A DNA stretch of 64,000 nt from Candidatus Neomarinimicrobium atlanticum (GTDB lineage Bacteria > Fidelibacterota > Marinisomatia > Marinisomatales > Marinisomataceae): assembly GCA_000402815.1 (NCBI GenBank), contig AQSA01000008.1, positions 1,592 through 65,591 of the forward strand, given 5' to 3'. Positions within the stretch are counted from its first letter, which is position 1. Each line of letters opens with the position of its first letter. Under the pieces are notes generated by a model. That model made no database searches and had not been told where the DNA came from. It worked only from the letters and a program-made list of their open reading frames with translations. The translations under genes were made by a program, and so were the position numbers. Shown here piece after piece: positions 42,831 through 53,254 of this stretch.

Positions 42831-43700
42831 CTACTTTTTTGGGGGTAGTAAGATAAGTTTTGAAGTGCGTTCTGTATATGCTAAATATTCAGCATCAGTC
42901 CCCCATCTTTCTTTTGCTATATCATCTAATAAGTTTATTCCACTTACCTTCGTAAGTAATAAATAAACAAATACAGGCGATATTAACGTAGCTAACTGCC
43001 ATCCAGATAGTACTGGAAAAGCTAGAAAGGCAACACCAATCCACAAAGTAATTTCACCAAAATAATTAGGGTGTTGAGACCATGCCCATACCCCAGTTGT
43101 AATAAAGCGACCTTTATTGCCTGGATCTTTTCTAAACTGTCTTTTTTGACTATCAGCCATGATTTCAATAATAAAACCGAATATCCATAATCCAATGCCT
43201 ATATAGCCTATTACACCGATATCTAATGAGGTTTTTGACGTGATAGCAGCAAGACCTGCGCCCATCGTTACTAAGACCCAAAGACCACCTAGAGTCCATA
43301 GATTTAAAAAACGAATAAATTTTGTTTTAATCACATCTAATCGGACATCTTTTCCATCTTTTTTAATTCGAGTGAATAAGAATAATCCTAAACGAGTAGC
43401 CCAAATAATAACCATACTGCAAATAATTAAACCTCTCATATCAAGTGATGGACTAAGCATTGCTGCAGTTATAGCTGTAGCCACATAAGATGTTGAACCA
43501 ATTAAATCAAAGTAATGATCTGTTTTGAGTATGTAAGATGGAATAAAAAATGTCCAATGCAATAAGAAGCCTATTGGAGCACAAATAGCAAATAAAGGCC
43601 ATCCGTTCACCATGATACTTCCTTGACTACCTGCATTGATTAATAGTGTCGAAATTATAAGTGAAATTACTATTGCAATAGCTGCTACTTTTGTACTCAT
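42831..43700 (-). CDS. DUF1295 / steroid-5-alpha-reductase-like membrane protein
   Basis: Multi-TM; C-terminal 'TTGVWAWSQHPNYFGEITLWIG' block typical of the family. Confidence 0.7.
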   Translation of the reverse strand: MSTKVAAIAIVISLIISTLLINAGSQGSIMVNGWPLFAICAPIGFLLHWTFFIPSYILKTDHYFDLIGSTSYVATAITAAMLSPSLDMRGLIICSMVIIWATRLGLFLFTRIKKDGKDVRLDVIKTKFIRFLNLWTLGGLWVLVTMGAGLAAITSKTSLDIGVIGYIGIGLWIFGFIIEIMADSQKRQFRKDPGNKGRFITTGVWAWSQHPNYFGEITLWIGVAFLAFPVLSGWQLATLISPVFVYLLLTKVSGINLLDDIAKERWGTDAEYLAYTERTSKLILLPPKK

Positions 43701-44362
43701 TTTTTCTCCTCGAAAAGTCTATCTATAGGTTTACGAACTTTGGTACGATATTGGTGACGGTCATCTTCAGTACGATACCCAACCGGCAATAATACCGTTG
43801 AGGTTAGATTTTTGTCGCCTAAGTCTAAAATTTTATCATATGCCTCCGTACTAAATCCTTCAAAAGGACAGGAGTCAATGCGCATATCTGCACAAGCTAC
43901 CATGAGTTGTGATACAGCTAAATAACACTGTTTTTGCATCCAATGAAGCGCTTCTGCTTTATCGCGTCGGCCGATATCTGCCTTTGCAATGGTTCCATAC
44001 AGCATAATCTTTGCTTTAGACTTCACTTTATCAATGTATCCGCGCTCATCATCTGCTTGCCTTGCTTGCTCCATCAAATCGATAAATTCATCAATATGTT
44101 TAGATTCTACATTCTTATAACTGCAAAATATAAATAGGTGGGAGCAATCACGAATTTGGGATTGATAATAAGACTCTTTGTAGAGCTTATCTTTTGTTTT
44201 TTGATCGGTAACAACAAGCACCTTATATAGCTGAAATCCATATGAAGACGGTGTTAACTGAACCGCTTCTTTGAGTGTAGCAATATCAGCATCACTCACT
44301 TTTTTATCGGTATCAAATTTTTTCGTGGCATAACGCCATTTCAGGCTGTCTATAATACTCAT
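43697..44362 (-). CDS. Nitroreductase-family NAD(P)H-dependent oxidoreductase
   Basis: 'LKWRYATKKFD..V..L.EAVQLTPSSYGFQLYKVLVV' N-terminal block and a C-terminal 'PVGYR' region. Confidence 0.8.
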   Translation of the reverse strand: MSIIDSLKWRYATKKFDTDKKVSDADIATLKEAVQLTPSSYGFQLYKVLVVTDQKTKDKLYKESYYQSQIRDCSHLFIFCSYKNVESKHIDEFIDLMEQARQADDERGYIDKVKSKAKIMLYGTIAKADIGRRDKAEALHWMQKQCYLAVSQLMVACADMRIDSCPFEGFSTEAYDKILDLGDKNLTSTVLLPVGYRTEDDRHQYRTKVRKPIDRLFEEKK

Positions 44363-45462
44363 TTTATAAAAATCTTATCGGAATTTAAGGGCAATTCCAT
44401 TACCATATTATCTTCTACCACTGTTACTTCATGAGAAGACTCTGATTTAAAACGTCTTAATACTCTTTTAGTTATTAGTTCATCTTTGTCCGGGATAATA
44501 TGAATTAAGGCTAACATGCCGATATCAATTCCTTCTAGACGACTTAATAACCCTGGCTGGTCATCATAATCTACTAGATTAGCATGATAATTCTGAATAT
44601 CATGGAACACTACCCCCATACGATCATTACCAACACGATAGGCTGCACGACTAATTTCAGCACTTTCCTGCTCTAGGATTGCTTCGTGAATCAATACATC
44701 TACTCCATTAGCAAAACTGTAATCGTCCATAAGGTCAGTATCACCTGAAATAATAACAGAGCGATTGCCCGCTACAATGCGGTAACCTACTGCTCCGTGA
44801 ATTGGTCCATGAGGTACAGTAAACGCAAAAACTTCTATATTATTATCTTTAAATACGGACGTCTCACTTGTGGGTACATCAAATATTTTTGCTACCAATA
44901 ATCCATTCTCTGCATCAAAAAAACCTTCTCCATGATGATTAACACGATGATTTCTATCTGGCTTATAAGCCAAATTAAATCCATCCACAACATTTTGTGT
45001 TAATTCGCCAGCGCCATAAACAGGCATTGAACTTGTTCTTCCACGCCCCCAAGATGCTAAGACTAGCTCGCCTAAACTTCCAATGTGGTCAGAATGAGTA
45101 TGAGTTATAAAGACTGCTTCAATAAAGGCTGCTTCTAAGGTTCCCTGAGAAATGAAATTCGCTGTTGAGCGTGAACCCGAATCAAAAACATAATTTTTAT
45201 TATTGATTGATATTACAACACTTTGTTGTGCAATATGCGGTGTAAGTGGAGTGCTTACACCTGTATAAACAATACGCAATACATCAGGCTGGTTAGGTGG
45301 TATAACAAGTAAGGGTTCAACAGCACGATCATATAATTGCTCTTTAATACTACCAGGAGACTTGATTGTTAATACAATTGCGGCGGTTGCTAGCATTAAT
45401 ACAGTAAAAAATAAGGCTAAATATTTTAAAATCTTACCCTCGGAAATAGAATTAAAACTCAT
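44359..45462 (-). CDS. MBL-fold metallo-hydrolase with N-terminal membrane anchor
   Basis: 'VFITHTHSDHIGSLGEL' (HxHxDH), later 'ISGDT' and 'LIHEA' blocks. Confidence 0.7.
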   Translation of the reverse strand: MSFNSISEGKILKYLALFFTVLMLATAAIVLTIKSPGSIKEQLYDRAVEPLLVIPPNQPDVLRIVYTGVSTPLTPHIAQQSVVISINNKNYVFDSGSRSTANFISQGTLEAAFIEAVFITHTHSDHIGSLGELVLASWGRGRTSSMPVYGAGELTQNVVDGFNLAYKPDRNHRVNHHGEGFFDAENGLLVAKIFDVPTSETSVFKDNNIEVFAFTVPHGPIHGAVGYRIVAGNRSVIISGDTDLMDDYSFANGVDVLIHEAILEQESAEISRAAYRVGNDRMGVVFHDIQNYHANLVDYDDQPGLLSRLEGIDIGMLALIHIIPDKDELITKRVLRRFKSESSHEVTVVEDNMVMELPLNSDKIFIK

Positions 45463-45767
45463 TTTAAAGCGCTTTCAAGCCAGTTAGCATAATCTTCATC
45501 TACATTACTTGTTTTAATAGTAGAAATCTCCGGAGTATCATAATTGTGCAGTTCCTTAATTGTCTCATATACGTTCGCCTCTAAAGCTTGAGATGTCTTA
45601 ATAAGCAACATTACCTCCCTGGACTCAACAATACGCCCATCTAGAACATATTTTGAGCGCATACGGGGAATAATATTAACACATGCAGCGTATCGATTGT
45701 TTAAGAGTGCGTTAGTGATATCTTTCATAGCCTTATGACTATCAGAAGTTGTTTTTATAATAAGCAT
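45459..45767 (-). CDS. cutA: Divalent-cation tolerance protein CutA
   Basis: 102 aa; 'LLNNRYAACVNIIP..S.Y..DG.I.E..E..LLIKT..' pattern. Confidence 0.8.
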   Translation of the reverse strand: MLIIKTTSDSHKAMKDITNALLNNRYAACVNIIPRMRSKYVLDGRIVESREVMLLIKTSQALEANVYETIKELHNYDTPEISTIKTSNVDEDYANWLESALK

Positions 45768-45772
45768 ACTAT

Positions 45773-47578
45773 CTACTGATTTTCAACCCACTGAACCACA
45801 ATATCTTGAAGAATATCCATAGGAACTGCTCCATTTTTTAAAACAATATCATGAAATGCTTGAAGAGAGAAGTTATCACCAAGTGTAGATTCAGCGTAAG
45901 CACGCAATTCTTGTATTTTTAACATCCCTATTTTATAGGAAACAGCTTGACCTGGCCATACTATATGACGTTCTACCATTCCAACACAATCACCCTCAGG
46001 GTTTGCTGTGTTGTTCATATAATAATCAATACCTTCTTCTCTTGTCCATCGATAATGATGAATCCCAGTATCAACTACTAAGCGACATGCTCTCCATAGT
46101 TCACCAGATAAACGACCAAAATCTGAATACGGATCTTTATATAGACCAATTTCTTTTGGTAGTGTCTCTGAGTATAATGCCCATCCTTCAGAATACACGC
46201 TATACCCACCATATTTTCTAAAACTTGGCATCCCTTCTACTTCGAGTTGAATTGCAATCTGCATATGATGCCCAGGGATTGCTTCATGGTACGCTAGATT
46301 TTCTAGCTTATAAATTGGCATATCCTGCATATTATACAAATTAGCATAATAGATACCAGGACGACTTCCATCGGCTTGGCCTCTGCTATAAAATGCTATT
46401 CCTGCAGAAGCCTCTCTGTAAGCTTCAACAGGTTTAACCACTAGAGGAATACTTGGGAGTCCATAGAATAATTCTTCTATACGAGCAGATAAGGTATCAA
46501 CAACCACATTTACCTGATCTAAATACATCTGTCGTCCTTCTGGGCTCTGCGGATAATAAAACTGAGGGTCAGTCCTCATAAAATCAAAAAATTCTTGTAA
46601 GGTTCCTTCAAAAGCAACGGTCTCCATAATAGCATAAATTTCTTCATGAATACGAGCTACCTCATCTAAACCAATTTGATGTATCTCTTCAGCGGTGAGT
46701 CCTAGCGTAGTATACTGATCTAATGTGTGTTGATAATATTCAGCGCCATTTGGATACTTCCATACGCCGTCATTATTTGTAGCTTTTAATTGTTGTGCGG
46801 TTAAAAAATCAATAAAACTTCTATAAGCATAATTAACAGTAGTAACTAAGATCGCTTCCGCTTCACTTTTGTAGCGTAGCTTGATAGCATCCGCTAAGTC
46901 TGTAGCATCTATTTTTTTAACTAAATCTTCATAAATAACATTTTGTTTTTTTGCCTCTTCAAAAGGATACCCAGATATGATGTTTTTGGACACAGCAATT
47001 GCTTTAGGGTAAACAAACATAGGTGCGATTGTTCCCACTTCCTCTCTTAATGACATCTCTTCAATCAAATCTTCAATTAATGGTTCAATATTGCGTAATC
47101 TTCCTAAGTAATCTTGGATATCTCTTTCGTCTTCAATTGCATGGTAATTGATTAAAAATGACGGTATGGAAGAATGTTTTCCTCCTCTATGAGTAACCAT
47201 ATATTGACGAAATAGATAATCATCCGAATCTATTCTTCGTTCTAATGATTTTTCCATTAGACGATAACTTATTGCCGTTTTACTATCCAACTTTTCAATA
47301 TTGATATTTTCATTTAAATAATCTAAATCAAAAATAGCTTGTCGCGCATTTTTTCTACTTCTTTTATAGGTTATATCATCCCATTTATCATAATTAGACT
47401 TATAGCCTAATCTTGACTGAAACTCAGGGCTATCTAACACCCTATCTTGAAAGACAGACTCAAAGAACTGATTGGCTTTTTTAATTTCATCTTGATCAAC
47501 TTTCGAACCAGCGCAGGCATTAATTCCAAAAAATTGGAGCATTATAATAATGGATAATAGTCTAATATATCTTGTCAT
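45773..47578 (-). CDS. DUF885-family lipoprotein (predicted metallopeptidase-like)
   Basis: Signal/lipobox 'GINAC'; signature 'YHEAIPGHHMQ'. Confidence 0.75.
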   Translation of the reverse strand: MTRYIRLLSIIIMLQFFGINACAGSKVDQDEIKKANQFFESVFQDRVLDSPEFQSRLGYKSNYDKWDDITYKRSRKNARQAIFDLDYLNENINIEKLDSKTAISYRLMEKSLERRIDSDDYLFRQYMVTHRGGKHSSIPSFLINYHAIEDERDIQDYLGRLRNIEPLIEDLIEEMSLREEVGTIAPMFVYPKAIAVSKNIISGYPFEEAKKQNVIYEDLVKKIDATDLADAIKLRYKSEAEAILVTTVNYAYRSFIDFLTAQQLKATNNDGVWKYPNGAEYYQHTLDQYTTLGLTAEEIHQIGLDEVARIHEEIYAIMETVAFEGTLQEFFDFMRTDPQFYYPQSPEGRQMYLDQVNVVVDTLSARIEELFYGLPSIPLVVKPVEAYREASAGIAFYSRGQADGSRPGIYYANLYNMQDMPIYKLENLAYHEAIPGHHMQIAIQLEVEGMPSFRKYGGYSVYSEGWALYSETLPKEIGLYKDPYSDFGRLSGELWRACRLVVDTGIHHYRWTREEGIDYYMNNTANPEGDCVGMVERHIVWPGQAVSYKIGMLKIQELRAYAESTLGDNFSLQAFHDIVLKNGAVPMDILQDIVVQWVENQ

Positions 47579-47585
47579 AATTGGC

Positions 47586-48458
47586 CTAATTTAATAACAA
47601 TTCCGCAGACAATATGGTATTTTCTACTAACATAGCAATGGTCATTGGACCTACTCCTTTTGGTACAGGAGTAAGAGAGCTTGCTTTTCCTGTTACGCTT
47701 GGCTGATCTACATCCCCAACAATAACAGATTTTCCATCGCGTTCAATGCGATTAATACCGACATCAACAAGACAAGCGCCTTCTTTAATATAAGATGCAT
47801 CTAAAAATTCAGGTGAACCCATTGCAGCTACTACAACATCTGCTTGATTCGTAAAATATTTTAAGTCTGACGTACCGCTATGACAGATTGTTACAGTTGC
47901 ATTCCCTAAAGATTTTAAGCTCGAGAGCACAGAAACAGGTCTTCCAACAATATTACTACGACCCACTACGACTACATGCTTTCCATTCAAGTCTACATTA
48001 AAGTGCTTTAGCATGAACATAATTCCCTTGGGAGTACATGGAATAAATCGTGGTCGTCCTATCGATAATAAACCAGCATTTTCTGGATGAAACCCATCCA
48101 CATCCTTTGTTGGATGAATCGCATGAATCACCTTATCACTATCTATGTGTTTTGGTAAAGGTAATTGGACTAAAATACCATGAAAGCTGTCATCTGAATT
48201 TATTTTTGCAATTAAATCGAGTAACTCTTCCTGAGAAACAGATTTATCTAAACGGTGAAGCTCAGATTTTAATCCTAAAGCATCAAAGCGTTTTGTCTTA
48301 TTTCTAACATAAATTTGTGATGCAGGATCCTCGCCTACTAAAATAGCTGCTAGGCCAGGTGTTATGCCTTTATCTTTTAACGAGGAAATACGATCATGTA
48401 AACTATCATATAACGCATGACTTGCCTCTATACCTGATAAAATTTTTGTATCAAACAT
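47586..48458 (-). CDS. folD: Bifunctional methylenetetrahydrofolate dehydrogenase / methenyl-THF cyclohydrolase
   Basis: 'PGLAAILVGEDPASQIYVRNK', 'HGILVQLPLP', 'VVVGRSNIVGRP', 'PGGVGPMT'-like 'PKGVGPMTIAML'. Confidence 0.95.
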   Translation of the reverse strand: MFDTKILSGIEASHALYDSLHDRISSLKDKGITPGLAAILVGEDPASQIYVRNKTKRFDALGLKSELHRLDKSVSQEELLDLIAKINSDDSFHGILVQLPLPKHIDSDKVIHAIHPTKDVDGFHPENAGLLSIGRPRFIPCTPKGIMFMLKHFNVDLNGKHVVVVGRSNIVGRPVSVLSSLKSLGNATVTICHSGTSDLKYFTNQADVVVAAMGSPEFLDASYIKEGACLVDVGINRIERDGKSVIVGDVDQPSVTGKASSLTPVPKGVGPMTIAMLVENTILSAELLLN

Positions 48459-48481
48459 TTGACTCCCCCAACTATTATTTT

Positions 48482-48775
48482 TTAAACTATCTCTTCAATA
48501 CGTTCAACCAAAGATTTAATCTTTGACTCTACCTCACCCTTAAAAGAATATTCTCCTCTTTGAGCGCTCATTAACTCATCAGAGATGTTCATTGCAGCTA
48601 AGATTGCTATCTTGGAAGCATTTAAAGATGATGGAGCTGTTCTTTGAATTTCAGCCATTTTTTCGTCAACTAAAGCTGCACACTCTCTAATATGAGCTTC
48701 GTTAACAGTGGCGCGAATAGAGTATTCTTGACCAAAAATTCTAACTTTAACAACTTTTTTATCTGAATTTTCCAT
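48482..48775 (-). CDS. zapA: Cell-division protein ZapA
   Basis: 97 aa; 'VKVRIFGQEYSIRA..' and 'KIAILAAMNISDEL'. Confidence 0.75.
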   Translation of the reverse strand: MENSDKKVVKVRIFGQEYSIRATVNEAHIRECAALVDEKMAEIQRTAPSSLNASKIAILAAMNISDELMSAQRGEYSFKGEVESKIKSLVERIEEIV

Positions 48776-48788
48776 AAATATCTTCCTG

Positions 48789-51167
48789 TTAATTATCTCT
48801 TAATTTAGCATTAAATTTCTTTGTTACCACACTTATAATTTCTGCAATAACTGCATTTACATCGTTATCTTCAAGTGTTTTTTTAACACTCTGAAATGAC
48901 AGCTTAAACAACACATTCTTCTTACCATCTTCCTTTTTTGATTTATATATATCTACAGGGAATACATCTTGCATTATAGACTGATTTACAGATTTTATTG
49001 CGGCACAAACTTTACCTAGATTGGTGTTGCTGTCAAATTTAAAATTAAGGTCTCTATTGACTATAGGATACAATACAACATCTTGAACTTTAATGTTGTG
49101 GTTAAAATGCTCAATAAATAAAGAAGTATTAATATCGAGTATAGAAACATTTGTTTTATGTGAAATATCTAACTTATCTAGAAATAAGTCAGATACAACA
49201 CCTATAGATCCGACAGTATTCTTTTTTCCATCTACGATGCGATAAAATACATCACAATATGCATGCTTATCCTCTATGAATTTAACTTTAGCTTTAGTTA
49301 GGGTTGCAAATGCGTTTGATGCAACACCTTTTAATAAGAAAAAGTTATTTTCTATTGAGTCAAAATGAACATTCTTATCATAAAAATTTCCATGTACAAG
49401 ACAAGAAAAGTTACTAACCTGTTCTATATCTTTTAATGTATCTCCCTTTTTTTCAAATACGGTTCCATACTCATAGATTAGAGTATTAGATGAGCCATTT
49501 TTAAAATTAAAATCTAAGTTTTCGAATAATCCGTGATGCAGGGTTGTACGAAGAGTATTCATTCTTTCTGACGATGGATTCATAACAGATACAGGATTAA
49601 TACCAAATGATTTTACCTCTTCTAGGTCTTGTAATGAGTTATTGTAGCACTGATTAAACCCTAAGGAAGATAAATATTGTTTTAGCTCGAACAACGGTTG
49701 TTCTGCATCATTTGCATATTGCATTTGAGATGAAAAACTATAAGAAGATTGAATATTTTCATAGCCATAACAACGCAAGACCTCCTCAATTAAATCAGTT
49801 TCATGTTTTACGTCATGTCTAAATGATGGAATAATACAATCCCAACCTGCTTTTGTTTTCTTATTTTCAATATGAAGCCCATCTAGTATAAAGCTAACGG
49901 ACTTGAAATCAATTTTATGCCCTATATACTTTAATAGTTTGGCCTCTGAAAGGGAAACTTTGTGCAATGTTAAGTCGATAGTAGATTCATCTGCTACAAT
50001 AGACTCTAAACTACCTCCTGCAACCTCAGTCATTAGACCTACTATCATATAAAATGCTTCTAAAGTAGCTTCTGGGTCAGCGCCTCTTTCAAAACGTCTT
50101 GATGCTTCAGATAGTAAATTAAGTTTTTTAGAGCCCCTCCTAATAACAACGGGATCAAAATAAGCACTTTCAATTAATACATCTGTAGTCGAATCAGACA
50201 CGGCGCTATCTTTACCTCCTATGATACCAGCTAGTGCTATAGTATTTACAGAGTCTGTAATGATAAGATGATCGGTGTCTAATTTGTAAGTTTCTTCGTC
50301 TAATGCATGAAATTTTTCATCTTTCTTTGCCCACTTTACTTCTATTGCAGGTTTTGAAAGCTTTTTTAAATCAAAAACGTGTGTAGGATGACCAATCTCT
50401 AGCAACATGAAGTTTGATATATCAACCAGATTGTTAATACTTTTTTGACCGACAGACTTTAAATAATCTGCTAACCATTTTGGAGACGGTCCAACTGTCA
50501 GGTTTGTCATTGTACCAGCTATATATCTAGTACATCCACCTTTTTTATCCAAAACAACCTTGACGATATCCTTTCCTTTAGATGTAGCTTTAACTACTTC
50601 CATGGGAGTTTTAATCTTTGATTCAGTCATGGCAGCTATTTCTCTAGCAATTCCACGATGGCTCAATGCAAACGCTTTATCTGGGGTTATCTCTATATCA
50701 ATAGCATTATAAGCTTCACCTAGGATTGTATCGATTTTTGCGCCTACCTTACAAGAGTCATCTAAAACCATGATACCTTCATGCTCTTCAGATATACCTA
50801 GCTCTCTTTCTGAGCAAATCATTCCGAAACTTTCAACACCTCTAATCTTAGCTTTCCCAATCTTAAAATCTCCAGGCAATACAGCGCCTACTTTTGCAAA
50901 CACTATCTTTTGATCTTTATCTACATTAGGAGCTCCACAAACAACGTTATATGTTTGCTTTCCATCTGAAACCATACAAACCTTCAACTTATCTGCATCG
51001 GGGTGTTTTTCGGCAGATTTTACTTCTCCAACAACAATATGATCTAATGAACTGAAATCTGTTGCTACTTCGGATTCAAATCCTCGCATAGTTAATTTGT
51101 CTGCAAGTTCAGATGTCGAATAATCAAAATCAACAAAGCGTTTAAGCCATGATAGTGAAACCTTCAT
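48789..51167 (-). CDS. pheT: Phenylalanyl-tRNA synthetase beta subunit
   Basis: 'MKVSLSWLKRFVD', tRNA-binding domain 'VVGEVKSAEKHPDADKLKVC', B3/4 and B5 domains. Overlaps the pheS stop by 1 nt. Confidence 0.95.
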   Translation of the reverse strand: MKVSLSWLKRFVDFDYSTSELADKLTMRGFESEVATDFSSLDHIVVGEVKSAEKHPDADKLKVCMVSDGKQTYNVVCGAPNVDKDQKIVFAKVGAVLPGDFKIGKAKIRGVESFGMICSERELGISEEHEGIMVLDDSCKVGAKIDTILGEAYNAIDIEITPDKAFALSHRGIAREIAAMTESKIKTPMEVVKATSKGKDIVKVVLDKKGGCTRYIAGTMTNLTVGPSPKWLADYLKSVGQKSINNLVDISNFMLLEIGHPTHVFDLKKLSKPAIEVKWAKKDEKFHALDEETYKLDTDHLIITDSVNTIALAGIIGGKDSAVSDSTTDVLIESAYFDPVVIRRGSKKLNLLSEASRRFERGADPEATLEAFYMIVGLMTEVAGGSLESIVADESTIDLTLHKVSLSEAKLLKYIGHKIDFKSVSFILDGLHIENKKTKAGWDCIIPSFRHDVKHETDLIEEVLRCYGYENIQSSYSFSSQMQYANDAEQPLFELKQYLSSLGFNQCYNNSLQDLEEVKSFGINPVSVMNPSSERMNTLRTTLHHGLFENLDFNFKNGSSNTLIYEYGTVFEKKGDTLKDIEQVSNFSCLVHGNFYDKNVHFDSIENNFFLLKGVASNAFATLTKAKVKFIEDKHAYCDVFYRIVDGKKNTVGSIGVVSDLFLDKLDISHKTNVSILDINTSLFIEHFNHNIKVQDVVLYPIVNRDLNFKFDSNTNLGKVCAAIKSVNQSIMQDVFPVDIYKSKKEDGKKNVLFKLSFQSVKKTLEDNDVNAVIAEIISVVTKKFNAKLRDN

Positions 51168-52156
51168 TAAAATTGCTCCAAAAATCGTTTATCGTTCTGA
51201 TAGAAAAGACGAATATCTTTAATTCCATATTTAATCATAGCGATTCGCTCTATACCCATTCCAAAAGCAAATCCTTGATATTTTTTATTATCATAACCTA
51301 CATTTGTAAGGACATTTGGATTTACCATACCACATCCTAAAATTTCCATCCACTGATTAAGTTTATCATTCCATATGTCTACTTCCGCGCTTGGTTCGGT
51401 AAATGGAAAGTAACTTGGTCTAAAACGCATCTTAGTACCCTCACCAAACATTTCTTTTACAAAATACTCTAATGTTCCTTTCATTTCAGCGAATGAAGAA
51501 GTTTCATTAATTACCAACCCCTCTACCTGATTGAATAAGCAAAAACTCTTATAACTTACTGCTTCGTTTCTAAATACTCTACCACAGCAAATATGACGTA
51601 GTGGTGGATCTTGATTTTCCATCAAGTGAATTTGAACATTTGAAGTGTGAGTTCTTAAAACTGTATTAGGGTCAACAAAGAATGTATCCTGCATGTCTCT
51701 AGCAGGGTGATGCTTCGGTACGTTTAATGCTTCAAAATTATGATAATCATCATCAATTTCAGGTCCATAGGCTACCGAAAAACCAATAGATTGAAATATT
51801 GCCTTTATTTCACTAGTAACTTGTTCCAATGGATGCAAGCTACCCTCGGGTAGGTTATACCCGGGTAGTGAAAAATCTTCTGAACTATCATTTGATTTAT
51901 GACTATTAGGATTTATTTCTTTTAATTTTTTATCAAATGCACTTGTAAGGTCGGTCTTTAATATGTTAAGCGTTTTTCCGTATTTAGGTTTTTCAGAACC
52001 GGGAAGTTTTGTGAACTCTTCAAATAAGGTAGTAAGCTTACCCTTTCTTCCAAGATAAGTAATACGGATATTTTCGAGGTCAGTAGATGTGTTGCAGTTG
52101 GATAATTCTGATTGGAAAGATGCCTTAATTTCTTTGATAGTGTTATCTAATGACAT
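51167..52156 (-). CDS. pheS: Phenylalanyl-tRNA synthetase alpha subunit
   Basis: Class II motifs 'HPARDMQDTFF', 'LRTHTS', 'GRVFRNE', 'GFAFGMGIERIAM'. Confidence 0.95.
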   Translation of the reverse strand: MSLDNTIKEIKASFQSELSNCNTSTDLENIRITYLGRKGKLTTLFEEFTKLPGSEKPKYGKTLNILKTDLTSAFDKKLKEINPNSHKSNDSSEDFSLPGYNLPEGSLHPLEQVTSEIKAIFQSIGFSVAYGPEIDDDYHNFEALNVPKHHPARDMQDTFFVDPNTVLRTHTSNVQIHLMENQDPPLRHICCGRVFRNEAVSYKSFCLFNQVEGLVINETSSFAEMKGTLEYFVKEMFGEGTKMRFRPSYFPFTEPSAEVDIWNDKLNQWMEILGCGMVNPNVLTNVGYDNKKYQGFAFGMGIERIAMIKYGIKDIRLFYQNDKRFLEQF

Positions 52157-52166
52157 CTTTAATTTT

Positions 52167-52517
52167 TTATTTTTTCTTTAAATATTTTACAAGGTCTTCA
52201 AACACAGATGGATTATTAACTGCTAAATGAGCTAAAACCTTTCTGTCTAAATCGACACCCTTCTCCTTCAATAAATGTACAAAATTTGAATATGATAAAC
52301 CATTTAATCTTGATGCGGCATTAATACGTACTATCCATAGACGTCTAAATTGACGTTTTTTCTGCCTTCTATCTCTGTAAGCATATAAACCAGCTTTTAC
52401 CACTGCATCTTTTGCAGCTTTATAATTACGGCTTCTTGCTCCGAAATATCCTTTCGCTAACTTAACAGTCTTGCGATGTCTTCTATGTCTTGGTACTGAA
52501 CTATTGGACCTTGGCAT
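52167..52517 (-). CDS. rplT: 50S ribosomal protein L20
   Basis: '[48 protein letters not shown]'. Confidence 0.95.
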   Translation of the reverse strand: MPRSNSSVPRHRRHRKTVKLAKGYFGARSRNYKAAKDAVVKAGLYAYRDRRQKKRQFRRLWIVRINAASRLNGLSYSNFVHLLKEKGVDLDRKVLAHLAVNNPSVFEDLVKYLKKK

Positions 52518-52520
52518 AAC

Positions 52521-52718
52521 TTATACTTTCCCCATCATTTTTTTCATGCGCTTCTCAAAAGAAGGTGCTACTACTGTGGCTTTTTTAGCTGAACGCTTCT
52601 GATCTCTATCTCTACGTATTAACATATGTGAATGACCAGCCTTGTTACGTTTCAGTTTACCTGAGGCAGTAACCTTAAATCTTTTTGACACACTTTTTCT
52701 TGTTTTCATCTTTGGCAT
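52521..52718 (-). CDS. rpmI: 50S ribosomal protein L35
   Basis: 'MPKMKTRKSVSKRFKVTASGKLKR..AGHSH'. Confidence 0.95.
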   Translation of the reverse strand: MPKMKTRKSVSKRFKVTASGKLKRNKAGHSHMLIRRDRDQKRSAKKATVVAPSFEKRMKKMMGKV

Positions 52719-52726
52719 AATATTTC

Positions 52727-53254
52727 CTATTTCGGGGCTAATATTATAGATTTCTTTCGTCCCATCAAAGGAGAATCTTTTTCCATTTGTGCATGCTCAC
52801 TTAATGACGACAAAACACGCGTTAATAAATCTTGGCCTAAATCTTGACGCGACATTTCTCTTCCTCTATACATTAAAGTAATTTTTAATTTATAACCAGC
52901 TTCTAAAAACTTTTTACCCATCTTTAATTTATTTTCTAAATCATGATCTCCAATGTTTGGTCTCATTCTCAGTTCTTTAACTTTTATAACTTGGTGGTTT
53001 TTTCTACTCTGTTGAGCCTTTTTCTTTTCTTCGTATTTAAATTTGCCGAAGTCCATAATTTTACATACTGGCGGCTTTGCATTTGGTGATATCTCAACTA
53101 AATCAAGACCTACATCTTCCGCTCTATTTAAGGCCTCTGGAACTGTTAGTACACCTATTTGTTCTTTATCATGCCCTATAAGTCTTACTTTATCTGCATA
53201 AATTCGGTTATTTACTCTTATTCTTTGTTTTTTAATTCGGAACTCTCCTGTCAT
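52727..53254 (-). CDS. infC: Translation initiation factor IF-3 (coordinates to the upstream ATG; the true start is probably the AUU at 53236)
   Basis: 'NNRIYADKVRLIGHDKEQIGV', 'LDLVEISPNAKPPVCKIMDFGKFKYE', C-terminal domain 'KELRMRPNIGDHDL'. thrS-infC-rpmI-rplT synteny. Confidence 0.9.
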   Translation of the reverse strand: MTGEFRIKKQRIRVNNRIYADKVRLIGHDKEQIGVLTVPEALNRAEDVGLDLVEISPNAKPPVCKIMDFGKFKYEEKKKAQQSRKNHQVIKVKELRMRPNIGDHDLENKLKMGKKFLEAGYKLKITLMYRGREMSRQDLGQDLLTRVLSSLSEHAQMEKDSPLMGRKKSIILAPK

